A stretch of DNA of 64,000 nt from Rhodocyclaceae bacterium (GCA_030681195.1 JAUXXJ010000047.1:19643-83642), one strand, 5' to 3'; positions 9,629-19,448 are shown, numbered from the stretch's first letter. Made by a program: numbers and translations. The notes: a model not told the origin generated them from the sequence alone.

Positions 9629-11125
9629 ATGACGGTAAAACGCTTCTTCGGAGAAAGCGCCCGCGATGCGTTGCGCAAGGTGAAGGCGGCGCTTGGCCCA
9701 GAGGCCATCGTGATTTCCAATAAGCCCGTGCAAGGCGGCGTGGAGATCATGGCGATGTCGGCGGATAGCCTCGAAGCCTTGCAGGGCGCAGATCCGGCAG
9801 CGGCCAAGCCGGTAGCTGCCCGACAGGCAACGGGGAAACCGACTGCCGTCCCGCCAGCGCCGACTATGACGGACGATGAAAGCGACTATGCCGTGTCGCT
9901 CTCCGCCAAGGCACGCGCCCCAACGCCATTCCAGTCCTGGCAACCGTGGCAGCCTCCGCAGGCAGGTAGTGCCGCCAAGCCAGTTGCTGCCACCGAGCGC
10001 ACCGAGCGTCCGCGCCCGCGCCCCTTGCCGCCCAAGCAACAGAGTGCCGCGCCTGCTGTGTCTGCCAATCCGGCACGGCGTGAACCCCAGGGCTTCGGCA
10101 CCAGCTTTGATCCGTCTGCCTTCATGGAACCCGGCATGCTGGCGACGCCCGACAGCAACCCGCAAGTCCAGCAACTCATGTCGGAGATGCAGTCGATCAA
10201 GTCGATGCTGGAACGCCAGCTGGCCGGCTTTGCCTGGAACGACATGACGCGCCACGCCCCCACCAAGGCCCAGTTGCTCGGCGAAATGCTTGAATCCGGC
10301 TTCTCCGGCGTGCTGACACGCCGCCTGGTCGAGGACATGCCAGAAGACCTCGACCTGCAAGCGGGCCGCAAGTGGCTGGCGAGTGCCGTCAATCGCCGCC
10401 TGCGTACGCTAACGCGCGAGAATGATCTGATCGAGCGCGGCGGGGTCTTCGCACTGGTCGGACCGACTGGTGTGGGCAAGACCACGACGACGGCCAAGCT
10501 GGCGGCACGCTGTGTCGTCCGCTATGGCGCTGAAAAGCTTGCCCTGCTGACGACCGATGGTTATCGGATTGGCGCGCATGAACAACTGCGCATCTATGGG
10601 CGCATCCTGGGTGTGCCGGTGCATGTGGTGCGCGACAGTGAAGACTTGCGCCGCACGCTGGCTGATCTGCGTGGCAAGCACATGGTGCTGATCGATACGG
10701 TGGGCATGAGCCAGCGCGACCGTATGGTCGCCGAGCAGGCGGCAATGCTGATGCGCGCGGGCGATGTGCGTCGCCTGCTGCTGCTGAATGCCACCAGCCG
10801 TGGCGATACGCTCGATGATGTGATCCGCAGTTATGCGGGTGAAGACATTGCCGGCTGTATCCTGACTAAAGTGGACGAAACCGCATCGCTGGCCCCTGCT
10901 GTCGATGCCGTCGTGCGCCATGGTCTGCTGATGGCCTATGTGGCGAACGGTCAGCGCGTGCCGGAAGACCTGCATCTCCCCAATCGCAATTATCTGTTGC
11001 ATCGCGCCTTCAAGCAGCCGAGCGCCAATTCGGCGCATCACCTCAAGCAGGACGAAGTCGGTCTGGTGATGCCGTCGAGTCAGGCGGCCAGCCAATTGAG
11101 TCCGCAAGGCGTGGCGCTTGCCTGA
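9629..11125 (+). CDS. flhF: Flagellar biosynthesis GTPase FlhF (SRP-type)
   Basis: Pro/Ala-rich B-domain followed by NG domain with LVGPTGVGKTTT, DTVGMS and TKVDE motifs. Confidence 0.93.
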   Translation: MTVKRFFGESARDALRKVKAALGPEAIVISNKPVQGGVEIMAMSADSLEALQGADPAAAKPVAARQATGKPTAVPPAPTMTDDESDYAVSLSAKARAPTPFQSWQPWQPPQAGSAAKPVAATERTERPRPRPLPPKQQSAAPAVSANPARREPQGFGTSFDPSAFMEPGMLATPDSNPQVQQLMSEMQSIKSMLERQLAGFAWNDMTRHAPTKAQLLGEMLESGFSGVLTRRLVEDMPEDLDLQAGRKWLASAVNRRLRTLTRENDLIERGGVFALVGPTGVGKTTTTAKLAARCVVRYGAEKLALLTTDGYRIGAHEQLRIYGRILGVPVHVVRDSEDLRRTLADLRGKHMVLIDTVGMSQRDRMVAEQAAMLMRAGDVRRLLLLNATSRGDTLDDVIRSYAGEDIAGCILTKVDETASLAPAVDAVVRHGLLMAYVANGQRVPEDLHLPNRNYLLHRAFKQPSANSAHHLKQDEVGLVMPSSQAASQLSPQGVALA

Positions 11126-11144
11126 GCAGGATCGGATCGCACGC

Positions 11145-11462
11145 ATGCATCGCGATGATCAGGCCGCCGGGCTGCGGCGCATGTTCAGCATGCCGGCGGT
11201 GACGCTAGCGGTTGCTGCACGCGAGGAAGCGCTGATCGATGCCTATGGCCTGATGAAACGGGTCGTACAGGAGGAAGGCGGCGGCAGCTTTCGCATCACT
11301 ATCACGCATGCACGATCAGAAGAGGAGGCGCGCGCGGTGTTCGACAACCTGCGCCGTGTTGCCCATGAGTATCTGGGGGTTCGGCTGGAGTACCTGGGGT
11401 ATCTGGGTTTGTCCCCTACCGCGCCGGCGCTGCCCGGAATGCTGCGCAATTCGGTGATATAG
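11145..11462 (+). CDS. flhG: Truncated FlhG/FleN-like protein (MinD-family remnant without Walker A)
   Basis: In the flhG position between flhF and fliA. Keeps the N-terminal DQAAGLRRMF motif and a MinD-like C-proximal segment (LIDAYGLMKRV...FRITITHARSEEEARAVFDNLRRVAHEYLGVRLEYLGYL). Only about 105 aa, with no KGGxGK[ST] P-loop. ATG at 11145 is preferred over TTG at 11118. Confidence 0.6.
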   Translation: MHRDDQAAGLRRMFSMPAVTLAVAAREEALIDAYGLMKRVVQEEGGGSFRITITHARSEEEARAVFDNLRRVAHEYLGVRLEYLGYLGLSPTAPALPGMLRNSVI

Positions 11463-11467
11463 TCATT

Positions 11468-11483
11468 GGGCACGCTTCCTGCG
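11468..11483 (+). promoter_or_regulatory. Candidate sigma54 (-24/-12) promoter upstream of fliA
   Basis: gGGCACgcttccTGCg has the correct GG-N10-GC spacing, about 47 nt upstream of the fliA ATG. Confidence 0.4.
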
Positions 11484-11529
11484 TAGAGCGTCAACCAAGA
11501 TACGCACCAATCGTACCCATAAGCCCGAT

Positions 11530-12315
11530 ATGTACACTGCCCAGGGCACGCTCGAAAAAGAGCGGCTCGTCACCCAATATGCCCCGTTGGTCAAACGCAT
11601 CGCCTATCACCTGATGGCGAAGCTTCCGGCCAGCGTGCAGGTCGATGACCTGGTGCAGAACGGCATGATCGGCCTGCTGGATGCGCTGGGACGCTTCGAG
11701 GAGGGTATGGGCGCACAGTTCGAAACCTATGCGGTGCAGCGGATACGCGGCTCGATGCTTGATGGCCTGCGCGAAAACGATTGGCTGCCACGGGGTCTGC
11801 GCAAGGAAATGCGCCGCATCGAAACGGCGATCCTCAAACTCGAACACGAAAATGGCCGCCAGCCCAGCGAGGGCGAACTCGCGACGGCGCTTGACATGAC
11901 GCTGAGCGATTATCAGCGCCTGTTGCTCGATGCCCGTGGCCACCAGATGGTGTACCTCGAAGACCTGTCCGGCGATGATGATGATTATCTCGATCATCAT
12001 GCGAGTGGCGTGTCGCTTGATCCCTTGGCGATTCTCGAAGAAAGCAATATGCGCACGGCCCTGATTGGCGCGATTGCCAATCTCCCCGAGCGCGAAAAGA
12101 TGATGATGGCCCTGTATTACGAACAGGACCTCAACCTGCGCGAAATTGGCGCGGTGATGGGGGTGACCGAATCACGCGTCTGCCAGTTGCATAGTCAGGC
12201 GGTGGCGCGCTTGCGCGCCGAAGTGCTCGGTGAGTCCGGCAAAGTGCCGGCGGTGGCCAAGCGCCGTGGCCGCAAACCCAAGTCGGCCCCTGAACACCCT
12301 GCGGCGGCAGCATAA
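11530..12315 (+). CDS. fliA: Flagellar sigma factor FliA (sigma28)
   Basis: Sigma70 region 2 (VDDLVQNGMIGLLDALGRFE), region 3, and region 4 (LNLREIGAVMGVTESRVCQLHSQAV). Confidence 0.95.
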   Translation: MYTAQGTLEKERLVTQYAPLVKRIAYHLMAKLPASVQVDDLVQNGMIGLLDALGRFEEGMGAQFETYAVQRIRGSMLDGLRENDWLPRGLRKEMRRIETAILKLEHENGRQPSEGELATALDMTLSDYQRLLLDARGHQMVYLEDLSGDDDDYLDHHASGVSLDPLAILEESNMRTALIGAIANLPEREKMMMALYYEQDLNLREIGAVMGVTESRVCQLHSQAVARLRAEVLGESGKVPAVAKRRGRKPKSAPEHPAAAA

Positions 12316-12320
12316 GCCAC

Positions 12321-13061
12321 ATGGACAAGATCAGCATTGTTGGCCTGCTGCTGGGGATTGCCGCAATTCTCGTCGGTCAGGTACTTGAGGGCGGGCATAT
12401 CGCTTCGCTGGTCCAGCCGACGGCCTTCCTGATTGTGCTCGGTGGCACGGTGGGCGCCGTGATGCTGCAAAGCCCACTGCCGGTTTTTCTCAATGGCCTG
12501 AAGATGGTCAAGTGGGTGTTTGTCCCCCCGGCTTCGCGTCCGGACGAGTTGATTGAAAACGTGGGCAACTGGAGCCATGTCGCCCGCAAGGAAGGCTTGC
12601 TGGCCCTTGAGGCACAAATTCAGGCTGTCCCCGATCCCTTCATGCGCAAGGGCCTGCAGTTGTTGGTCGACGGCGCGGAGCCGGATCGCCTCCGCGATGT
12701 GCTGGAAGTCGAGATCGGTGCTTATGAAGACCAGATGAAGATGTCGGCCAAGATATGGGAGGCGGCTGGTGGTTACTCCCCAACCATCGGGATTCTTGGC
12801 GCGGTGATGGGCCTGATTCACGTGATGGAAAACCTTTCCGACCCCTCTAAACTCGGTGCAGGTATTGCCGTGGCTTTTGTGGCGACGATCTATGGGGTGG
12901 GTGCGGCGAACCTGATTTTCCTGCCGGTGGCCAAGAAGCTGTTGGCCAATATCGCGCGCCTGGTGACCATCCGTGAAATGTTCGTCGATGGATTGGTCGG
13001 TATCGCCAATGGCGATAATCCGCGCATCATCGAGAGCCGGATGCAAGGTTATATCGTGTAG
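12321..13061 (+). CDS. motA: Flagellar stator protein MotA/PomA family
   Basis: 246 aa with four TM segments. Conserved C-terminal region (PTIGILGAVMGLIHVM...AFVATIYGVGAANLIFLPVA). Confidence 0.9.
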   Translation: MDKISIVGLLLGIAAILVGQVLEGGHIASLVQPTAFLIVLGGTVGAVMLQSPLPVFLNGLKMVKWVFVPPASRPDELIENVGNWSHVARKEGLLALEAQIQAVPDPFMRKGLQLLVDGAEPDRLRDVLEVEIGAYEDQMKMSAKIWEAAGGYSPTIGILGAVMGLIHVMENLSDPSKLGAGIAVAFVATIYGVGAANLIFLPVAKKLLANIARLVTIREMFVDGLVGIANGDNPRIIESRMQGYIV

Positions 13062-13063
13062 CC

Positions 13064-13846
13064 ATGGCGCGGCGCAAGAAAGAGGAAGAGCACGAAAACC
13101 ACGAGCGCTGGCTTGTTTCCTATGCGGACTTCATCACCTTGTTGTTTGCCTTTTTCGTGGTGATGTACGCCATCTCATCGGTGAATGAGGGTAAGTATCG
13201 CGTACTCTCAGACGCGATTGCTTCAGCATTCAAAAATATCCCGGGCGATACAGCCGGGGCAATGGTGCAGGTCAATCCCAGTTCGCCGACGCCGGTAGCG
13301 ATTCCGTTCAAGAAGCCGCAGGTGGCCAATATCAAACAGGATGTGCAGCGTGAGCAGAATCGCGAGTTGCTGCGCAACAAGGCCAAGGAAATCATGGAGG
13401 CATTGGCACCCCTCGTCCAACAGGGGCATGTGCGCGTTACAGAAGGTGCGCTAGGCATTACCGTCGAGATCAATGCCAGTGTGCTGTTTGACTCTGGTGA
13501 GGCGCGCCTGCAGTTGCCTGCGATGCGGGCGTTGACGGCGGTAGGACAGATCCTGGCGACCACAGATTTTCCGATCACGGTTGAGGGACATACCGATAAT
13601 GCGCCGATCAACACGCCATTGTTTCCATCGAACTGGGAGCTCTCCGGGGCGCGGGCAGCCAGTGTGGTGCGCTTGTTTATTGAAAACGGTGTAGATGCTC
13701 GCCGTTTGACGGCGACCGGTTATGCCGAGCAGCGTCCGATGGCGGATAACGCAACCATTGAAGGCCGTCAGCGCAACCGTCGCGTGGCCATCAACATGGA
13801 ATCGCGCACGCCGGATGAGGTTAAGGAGCTGGCGCTCCCCGAGTAG
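13064..13846 (+). CDS. motB: Flagellar stator protein MotB (OmpA-like peptidoglycan-binding domain)
   Basis: N-terminus HERWLVSYADFITLLFAFFVVMYA with the conserved Asp, and an OmpA-like C-domain (GHTDNAPI...NWELSGARAASVVR...NRRV). Confidence 0.92.
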   Translation: MARRKKEEEHENHERWLVSYADFITLLFAFFVVMYAISSVNEGKYRVLSDAIASAFKNIPGDTAGAMVQVNPSSPTPVAIPFKKPQVANIKQDVQREQNRELLRNKAKEIMEALAPLVQQGHVRVTEGALGITVEINASVLFDSGEARLQLPAMRALTAVGQILATTDFPITVEGHTDNAPINTPLFPSNWELSGARAASVVRLFIENGVDARRLTATGYAEQRPMADNATIEGRQRNRRVAINMESRTPDEVKELALPE

Positions 13847-13862
13847 AAATTTTGGAAAAGGC

Positions 13863-14330
13863 TCACGCTTTACCAAGAATGCGGCCGCCACCGCCGGTGT
13901 GCTGTTGTCCGTCCGGCCCGTAAGTCATAGCGCGGTCGGTAGCACCCATCAGGGCATTGAAGGCTTGCTGGTTGTGGCTCATGTGCAGGCCAATCAGTTT
14001 GCCATTCAGGAGATTCAGTTCGCGTGCATCGCTGGCCAGGGTCAGCAGAGTTTGCCAGGCTTGCTGGTGAGGCGTTTGGCCGTGATGGTTAAGCCAGTCT
14101 TCCATGCCGCTACGCCCGGCGGGCAGGCCAAGCTGCTTTAGTGCGGTCTCGCGCGCAGCCGCGTAGCCGGCCAGGGTGTTCGAGAGGAGCGTTTTGGTAT
14201 CGATGAGGGGCAGGAGCGATGCAGTGTCACCTGCCTTGAGAAAGTCCTGTTCGCGCTTGAGCAGGACGATGAATTCCTTCAGCTTGCTGATTTCTGCGCC
14301 AAGCGTATCGCCAAGGGCTGGGGTGGCCAA
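13863..14330 (-). CDS. flgN: Flagellar chaperone FlgN
   Basis: 155 aa helical protein downstream of flgM. FlgN-like N-terminal region (LKEFIVLLKREQDFLKAGD). Confidence 0.8.
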   Translation of the reverse strand: MATPALGDTLGAEISKLKEFIVLLKREQDFLKAGDTASLLPLIDTKTLLSNTLAGYAAARETALKQLGLPAGRSGMEDWLNHHGQTPHQQAWQTLLTLASDARELNLLNGKLIGLHMSHNQQAFNALMGATDRAMTYGPDGQQHTGGGGRILGKA

Positions 14331-14360
14331 GAGCGGAGCTATCGATCAGGTAACAGGCAA

Positions 14361-14660
14361 TCAGGCAGTGGGCTTGGCGCGGCCAAGCATGTCGCGCACG
14401 CTGGCCAGCAGGCCATCGGCAATCCGCTCGGGGTTGATCTGGAAGCGGCCCTCGGAAATGGCCTGCTTGATTTCGGTCACGCGCGCTGAATTCATTGCCG
14501 TATCGCCAGCGCCGACTTCTTGCATACGGGCCGATAGCGATGAAATATCCACACGCTCACTTGAGCCGGCATCCGCCTTTTGGGCTGGTGCCTGTGGGCT
14601 GCGGGTGCGGCTGGGCTCGGGCGTGCTGCCGACACTGGGAACTGCGCTATTGATCTTCAC
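14361..14660 (-). CDS. flgM: Anti-sigma28 factor FlgM
   Basis: 99 aa. Conserved C-terminal segment (RVTEIKQAISEGRFQINPERIADGLL). GTG start with AGGA ribosome-binding site. Confidence 0.88.
   Translation of the reverse strand: MKINSAVPSVGSTPEPSRTRSPQAPAQKADAGSSERVDISSLSARMQEVGAGDTAMNSARVTEIKQAISEGRFQINPERIADGLLASVRDMLGRAKPTA
14497..14522 (+). repeat. Dispersed 26-nt motif, copy 4
   Basis: tgccgtatcgccagcgccgacttctt, inside flgM (antisense, read as QEVGAGDTA). Confidence 0.8.
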
Positions 14661-14782
14661 GGTTTTATCCTTTCCAGAACGGTACTCTGGTCTCTATGAC
14701 TCATTTACGGCAGCTCGGGCGAAAACCTGAGGTCATTATGACAATTACTGCATGCGCGAAACGGTTTGATTATAAATAGATT

Positions 14783-15463
14783 TCAGTACGAAATCTCGAC
14801 GATGCCACTAGCCTTTGCAATGCCGCTGACGACTTGTCCACTCCCTAGACGAACCTGGACGAGTTGTCCTTCCACGGCATTGTTGAGAGCACGACCTTCA
14901 TTGGCTACAGCAAAACCCGGGCCACGCGAGAGGGCACGAACGGTTTGCCCCTGACGAATAACCATCTGGGCCTTGACCATATCCGCCCGCAAGGGGCGAC
15001 CAGCCGGGATGCTGGACGAGGCGACCTTGCCGATGGCGCGTTCTGGCTCGGTGAGAATATTGGCAGGCAACTCCGACAGGTCGCCAATCTGGTTGGTCAA
15101 GTCATCCTCGACCACCACCTGGCCTTGGGCGATGGGGCGCGCAGCGATCAGGTAGGGCGCTTTGACCCGAATATGAACGGGGATATACACCCGCCAGTTG
15201 GCCTCGTCGAGGCAGCGCACCATGACATTCGTTCTGCCCCAGGTCCTGGCGCCCGGCGGGCGAGAAACATCAAAGGCCCTGCAGGGCGTTAATTGATTGC
15301 CTGAATCCAGCGGGCTAATCTCGATGCTGACCTGGCCTGGCAGTCCTCTATTCTGAATTTGTAACCAGTCCTCCACGGCCTTTTTGACCGGCGCATAGGT
15401 CTGCTGCGCTTGGGCGAGCGGGATTGCCAAATTTATCAGGAGGAGGAGAGCTAGAAATCGCAT
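14783..15463 (-). CDS. flgA: Flagellar P-ring assembly chaperone FlgA
   Basis: Signal peptide, SAF/FlgA C-terminal domain, and divergent position from flgB. Confidence 0.85.
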   Translation of the reverse strand: MRFLALLLLINLAIPLAQAQQTYAPVKKAVEDWLQIQNRGLPGQVSIEISPLDSGNQLTPCRAFDVSRPPGARTWGRTNVMVRCLDEANWRVYIPVHIRVKAPYLIAARPIAQGQVVVEDDLTNQIGDLSELPANILTEPERAIGKVASSSIPAGRPLRADMVKAQMVIRQGQTVRALSRGPGFAVANEGRALNNAVEGQLVQVRLGSGQVVSGIAKASGIVEISY

Positions 15464-15536
15464 GCCTACATTGGAGCATGAACTGGAGAGATGGTTCAGG
15501 GAGGTAACCGCAGAATAAGAGGGCTAATTCCGTCCA

Positions 15537-15549
15537 GGCAAGAATTGCC
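15537..15549. promoter_or_regulatory. Palindrome GGCAA-GAA-TTGCC in the flgA/flgB divergent region
   Basis: Centre lies about 96 nt upstream of the predicted flgB sigma54 transcription start, a typical enhancer distance. Confidence 0.45.
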
Positions 15550-15612
15550 GGCGTTTGCCGCTGCAAACAGCAATATGGCCGGCAGAAAAGGTGAATTGAG
15601 GCCAGAAAGAGT

Positions 15613-15628
15613 TGGCACGATTGGTGCA
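15613..15628 (+). promoter_or_regulatory. Candidate sigma54 promoter of the flgB operon
   Basis: TGGCACgattgGTGCA, with GG-N10-GC spacing, 42 nt upstream of the flgB ATG. Confidence 0.6.
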
Positions 15629-15669
15629 TTACGACACTGCCCATCATTACTTGAACCCAGTCATACGCC

Positions 15670-16089
15670 ATGTTTCTCGACCGCCTCGAAGAAAGCCTGA
15701 GCACCTACCGCAACGCCCTCGGCGTGCGGAGCCATCGTCAGGAATTGCTGGCCTCGAACATCGCCAATGCCGACACCCCCCATTTCAAGGCCCGCGACGT
15801 TGATTTCAAATCTGCACTGGCAACCGCAATGGGCAGCGCGGGTGCCGATATGTCCGGGCCACTGGACATGGCGCGCACGCAGCGTGGTCATCTGATCGGC
15901 GATGGTGCGAATCCCTACGGCGCGGGAGTCAAGTACCGTGCCGAATACCAGGGCGCCGTCGACGGCAACACGGTCAACATGGATGTGGAACGGGCTTCGC
16001 TGGCGGAAAACTCACTGCAGATCGAGGCACTGATCACCTTCATCAACAAGCGCTTTGAGGGCCTGCAGCGGGCCATCAGCGGACAGTGA
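15670..16089 (+). CDS. flgB: Proximal rod protein FlgB
   Basis: [16 protein letters not shown] motif, 139 aa. Confidence 0.93.
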   Translation: MFLDRLEESLSTYRNALGVRSHRQELLASNIANADTPHFKARDVDFKSALATAMGSAGADMSGPLDMARTQRGHLIGDGANPYGAGVKYRAEYQGAVDGNTVNMDVERASLAENSLQIEALITFINKRFEGLQRAISGQ

Positions 16090-16099
16090 GGATTGCGTC

Positions 16100-16501
16100 A
16101 TGAGTGATTTCAGGATCTTTGCCATCGCAGGTTCCGCACTGACTGCCCAGTCCGCTCGCCTGAACGCCGTATCGAGCAACCTCGCCAACGCGGACAGCGT
16201 GGCGGATGCAAATGGACAGCCTTATCGCGCCAAGCAGGTGGTGTTCAAGGCCACCCCGGTCGAAGGCGGCGGCATCGGCGTACGGGTGACCCAGGTGGTT
16301 GAAAGCGCCGCGCCGCTGCGCCAGGTCTATGAACCAAACAATCCGGCCGCGAACGAGCAGGGCTATGTGTCGATGCCGAATGTGAATGTGATCGAAGAGA
16401 TGGTGAACATGATCTCGGCCTCACGTGCCTACCAGACCAACGCCGAAGTGATGAGTACCGCCAAGGGCTTGATGATGAAGACCCTGGCGATCGGACAGTA
16501 A
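16100..16501 (+). CDS. flgC: Proximal rod protein FlgC
   Basis: [34 protein letters not shown]-terminus and [10 protein letters not shown]-terminus. GAGGA ribosome-binding site before ATG 16100, so the ORF-track start 16055 is too long. Confidence 0.93.
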   Translation: MSDFRIFAIAGSALTAQSARLNAVSSNLANADSVADANGQPYRAKQVVFKATPVEGGGIGVRVTQVVESAAPLRQVYEPNNPAANEQGYVSMPNVNVIEEMVNMISASRAYQTNAEVMSTAKGLMMKTLAIGQ

Positions 16502-16512
16502 AGGATAGAAAA

Positions 16513-17196
16513 ATGACTACCGCGACAGCTGCAACCACCACCAACAAGATGCCCTCTGATTTTCTGGCAGCAGTGAATCCGAGGACGAAAAGCACCTCAG
16601 ATATGCAACTGAGCGAGGATCGCTTCTTGAAGTTGCTGACGACGCAGCTACAGAATCAGGACCCGCTCAATCCGCTCGACAACGCACAGATGACCAGCCA
16701 GATGGCGCAAATCAGCACCGTGAATGGCATCGAGAAACTGAATGCCACACTCACCAAGCTGATGACCAATTCGTCCGATAGCCAGGTGATGCAGGCTGCG
16801 TCCTTGTTGGGACGCCATGTGCTGGTTGCCGGCAGTGGCATGACGCTGCCGGAAAACGGTCAGACCATGGCCGGGCTCGAACTGACCCAGCCGGTTGATA
16901 ACGCAACGGTCACCATTCGCGATGCCAATGGCCTGCAGATCCGCACCCTGCAGCTGGGCGAACAGTCCACCGGTCTCAATGCATTTCTCTGGGATGGCAA
17001 GAACGATGCGGGCGTACAGGCGGTCTCCGGGCGTTATACATTCTCGGTTACTGCGGAACAGGGCGGCAAGGATGTGACGGCGAAAGGCCTGGAACTTGCT
17101 CCGGTCACCGGCATCGTACGGGGCAGCAGCGGCGTTCAACTGGAGTTGAGCTATCTCGGTAATTTCAACATGGCCGATATTCGTCAGGTCTTTTGA
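16513..17196 (+). CDS. flgD: Hook capping/assembly protein FlgD
   Basis: FLKLLTTQLQNQDPLNPLDN motif plus FlgD Ig-like C-domain. Confidence 0.92.
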   Translation: MTTATAATTTNKMPSDFLAAVNPRTKSTSDMQLSEDRFLKLLTTQLQNQDPLNPLDNAQMTSQMAQISTVNGIEKLNATLTKLMTNSSDSQVMQAASLLGRHVLVAGSGMTLPENGQTMAGLELTQPVDNATVTIRDANGLQIRTLQLGEQSTGLNAFLWDGKNDAGVQAVSGRYTFSVTAEQGGKDVTAKGLELAPVTGIVRGSSGVQLELSYLGNFNMADIRQVF

Positions 17197-17223
17197 TCAG
17201 GCTTAGAAGAAGAGGAGTAAGTC

Positions 17224-18642
17224 ATGGCATTCCAACAAGGACTCAGCGGTTTGAACATGTCGGCCAAGGCACTCGATGCCGTTGGCAACAACATCGCCAA
17301 CGCGCAGACGGTCGGTTTCAAGTCCGCTGTGGCGCAATTTGCCGACGTCTACGCCGCAACCATCGGTGGAGCCAGCAGTGCCAACCTGATTGGCCAGGGT
17401 GGCTCAATCATGTCGGTATCTCAGCTATTTACCCAAGGCAATGTTACCAGCACGAATAATCCGCTGGATATCGCCATCAACGGTAATGGGTTCCTGCGTT
17501 TTCAGCCAACACTGAATGATCTCACCCCCCAGTACTCCCGGAACGGGCAGTTGCATCTCAATTCAGAAGGCTATCTCGTCAATGCCCTTGATCAATTTCT
17601 GTGCGTTTACCCGGCAACGGTGGGGGGGGACTCAATCAATACGAGTGCTGCTGTTCCCTTGCAATTGAGCAATGCGCAACTGGAACCCAAGCAGACCGGT
17701 TGGAGCAGTGTGGCTGGGGGTACCATCGGAGGCGTCTCAGTTGGCGCCAACCTGGATGTGCGGGATAAGCGGGCACTTGGTGCGACGGATACGGGTTGGA
17801 CGCCGGTGAGCGCATTTGCATTTAATCCGGCAACGGGTGAGCCGACCCCCGACATGTACAACTTCTCGACTTCGGCGACGATTTACGATCAGACCGGACA
17901 GCCGCATGTGATGACGATGTACTTTATTCGTCAAGGGGACCCGCTGACGGGGGCGACCCAGCGCCAGTGGGAACCCCGTTTCATTCTGGACAATAAATAC
18001 GAAATTCCTGCAACCGATTTGGATGCGACAGTCACAGACTCAAATCTAATGATGTTCACGCCGAGTGGTCAAATCTCAAACGATGCGCTTAACAATGCAG
18101 TGTCTGCAAAGCGTTTTACACTTGACCTGGCCAGTGCATTTGACGGTACGGGCACAGTTGATCTGACTAGCGACACAGGTGTCGCACTGTTCGATCCGGC
18201 GACACCACTTGAGTTCGATTTCTCAACCATGACGCAATATGGCTCGGCCTACGACGTCAATAAACTGACTCAGGACGGCTATGGTCCGGGGCGGCTGTCG
18301 GGCATCGCGATTGATGGCGAAGGCAAGATCACGGCACGTTACAGCAATGGCAAGACCAAGCTGCAAGGCCAGATCATGTTATCGACCTTCCAGAACCCGA
18401 ATGGCCTGGTGCCGCTGGGCAACAACTTGTGGGCGCCATCGTCCGCTTCGGGAGAGGCCTTGGACGGAACGCCGATGGCCGGTAGCCGTGGCTCCATTCA
18501 GGCCGGTGCTGTGGAAGATGCCAACGTCGATCTGACGCAGGAACTGGTGAACATGATTACGCTGCAGCGCAGCTACCAGGCGAATGCGCAGACAATCAAG
18601 ACGCAGGATCAGATTCTGCAAACCCTGGTCAACCTGCGCTGA
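17224..18642 (+). CDS. flgE: Flagellar hook protein FlgE
   Basis: MAFQQGLSGLNMSAKALDAVGNNIAN N-terminus, and C-terminus NVDLTQELVNMITLQRSYQANAQTIKTQDQILQTLVNLR. Confidence 0.95.
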   Translation: MAFQQGLSGLNMSAKALDAVGNNIANAQTVGFKSAVAQFADVYAATIGGASSANLIGQGGSIMSVSQLFTQGNVTSTNNPLDIAINGNGFLRFQPTLNDLTPQYSRNGQLHLNSEGYLVNALDQFLCVYPATVGGDSINTSAAVPLQLSNAQLEPKQTGWSSVAGGTIGGVSVGANLDVRDKRALGATDTGWTPVSAFAFNPATGEPTPDMYNFSTSATIYDQTGQPHVMTMYFIRQGDPLTGATQRQWEPRFILDNKYEIPATDLDATVTDSNLMMFTPSGQISNDALNNAVSAKRFTLDLASAFDGTGTVDLTSDTGVALFDPATPLEFDFSTMTQYGSAYDVNKLTQDGYGPGRLSGIAIDGEGKITARYSNGKTKLQGQIMLSTFQNPNGLVPLGNNLWAPSSASGEALDGTPMAGSRGSIQAGAVEDANVDLTQELVNMITLQRSYQANAQTIKTQDQILQTLVNLR

Positions 18643-18643
18643 T

Positions 18644-18669
18644 AAAAAGTCGGCGCTCACGGGACGGCA
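18644..18669 (-). repeat. Dispersed 26-nt motif, copy 5
   Basis: Complement reads tgccgtcccgtgagcgccgacttttt, intergenic, 2 nt after the flgE stop. Confidence 0.85.
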
Positions 18670-18677
18670 CATAAACC

Positions 18678-19433
18678 ATGGATCGCTTGCTCTACACCGC
18701 AATGTCCGGCGCCAGCGGCACCATGTCGCGGCAGGCGGCCGTGGCGCACAATCTGGCCAACGTCACGACACAGGGCTATCGCGCCGAAGAGCATCGGTTG
18801 CGTGCTGTGCAGGTACAAACGCACAACAACAATCCGGCGGCCTTGCCGACGCGTGCTTTCGCTGTCGATGCCAGCACCCATACCGACTTCAGTTCGGGCG
18901 CGCTGATGCATACCGGTAGCCAGTACGATGTCGCCTTGCGCGGCAAGGGCTGGCTGACGCTGGCCTTGCCGGATGGCACCGAGGCTTATACGCGGGCCGG
19001 TAGCTTCCAGGTTTCTGAAAACGGCATTCTGCAAACGCCGGCCGGCATTCCCGTGATGGGGGATGGTGGCCCGATTACGATCCCGCCGGATTCGCGCATT
19101 ACCATCGGCGAGGACGGTACGGTTTCCACGATCAATGAAAGCGGCGCGCAAAACGTTGTCAATGCGATCGGCCGCCTCAAACTGGTGAACCCGCCTGAAG
19201 CCGACATCGTGCGCGGACCGGATGGCCTGTTTCGGCTCAATACCGGTGAGCCGGCACCACAAGATGACTTGGTTCGGGTGGCCGGCGGCTTTCTCGAAAA
19301 CAGCAACGTCAACCCGGTCGAGCAGATGGTGTCGATGATTTCGCTGGCACGCCAGTTCGAGATGCAGATGCGCATGATCACCACCGCAGAAACGAATGAT
19401 CGTGCCGCCACGCAAGTGCTGGCTTCACGCTAA
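18678..19433 (+). CDS. flgF: Rod protein FlgF
   Basis: MDRLLYTAMSGA...NLANVTTQGYR N-terminus and rod-family C-terminus. Confidence 0.92.
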   Translation: MDRLLYTAMSGASGTMSRQAAVAHNLANVTTQGYRAEEHRLRAVQVQTHNNNPAALPTRAFAVDASTHTDFSSGALMHTGSQYDVALRGKGWLTLALPDGTEAYTRAGSFQVSENGILQTPAGIPVMGDGGPITIPPDSRITIGEDGTVSTINESGAQNVVNAIGRLKLVNPPEADIVRGPDGLFRLNTGEPAPQDDLVRVAGGFLENSNVNPVEQMVSMISLARQFEMQMRMITTAETNDRAATQVLASR

Positions 19434-19448
19434 TAAAGGAATAACGAG

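Noticed and set aside
9581-10497. Minus-strand ORFs of 259 and 203 aa inside flhF.
   Set aside because: They are antisense to the FlhF B-domain and NG domain and have no motifs. The FlhF frame carries clear GTPase motifs.
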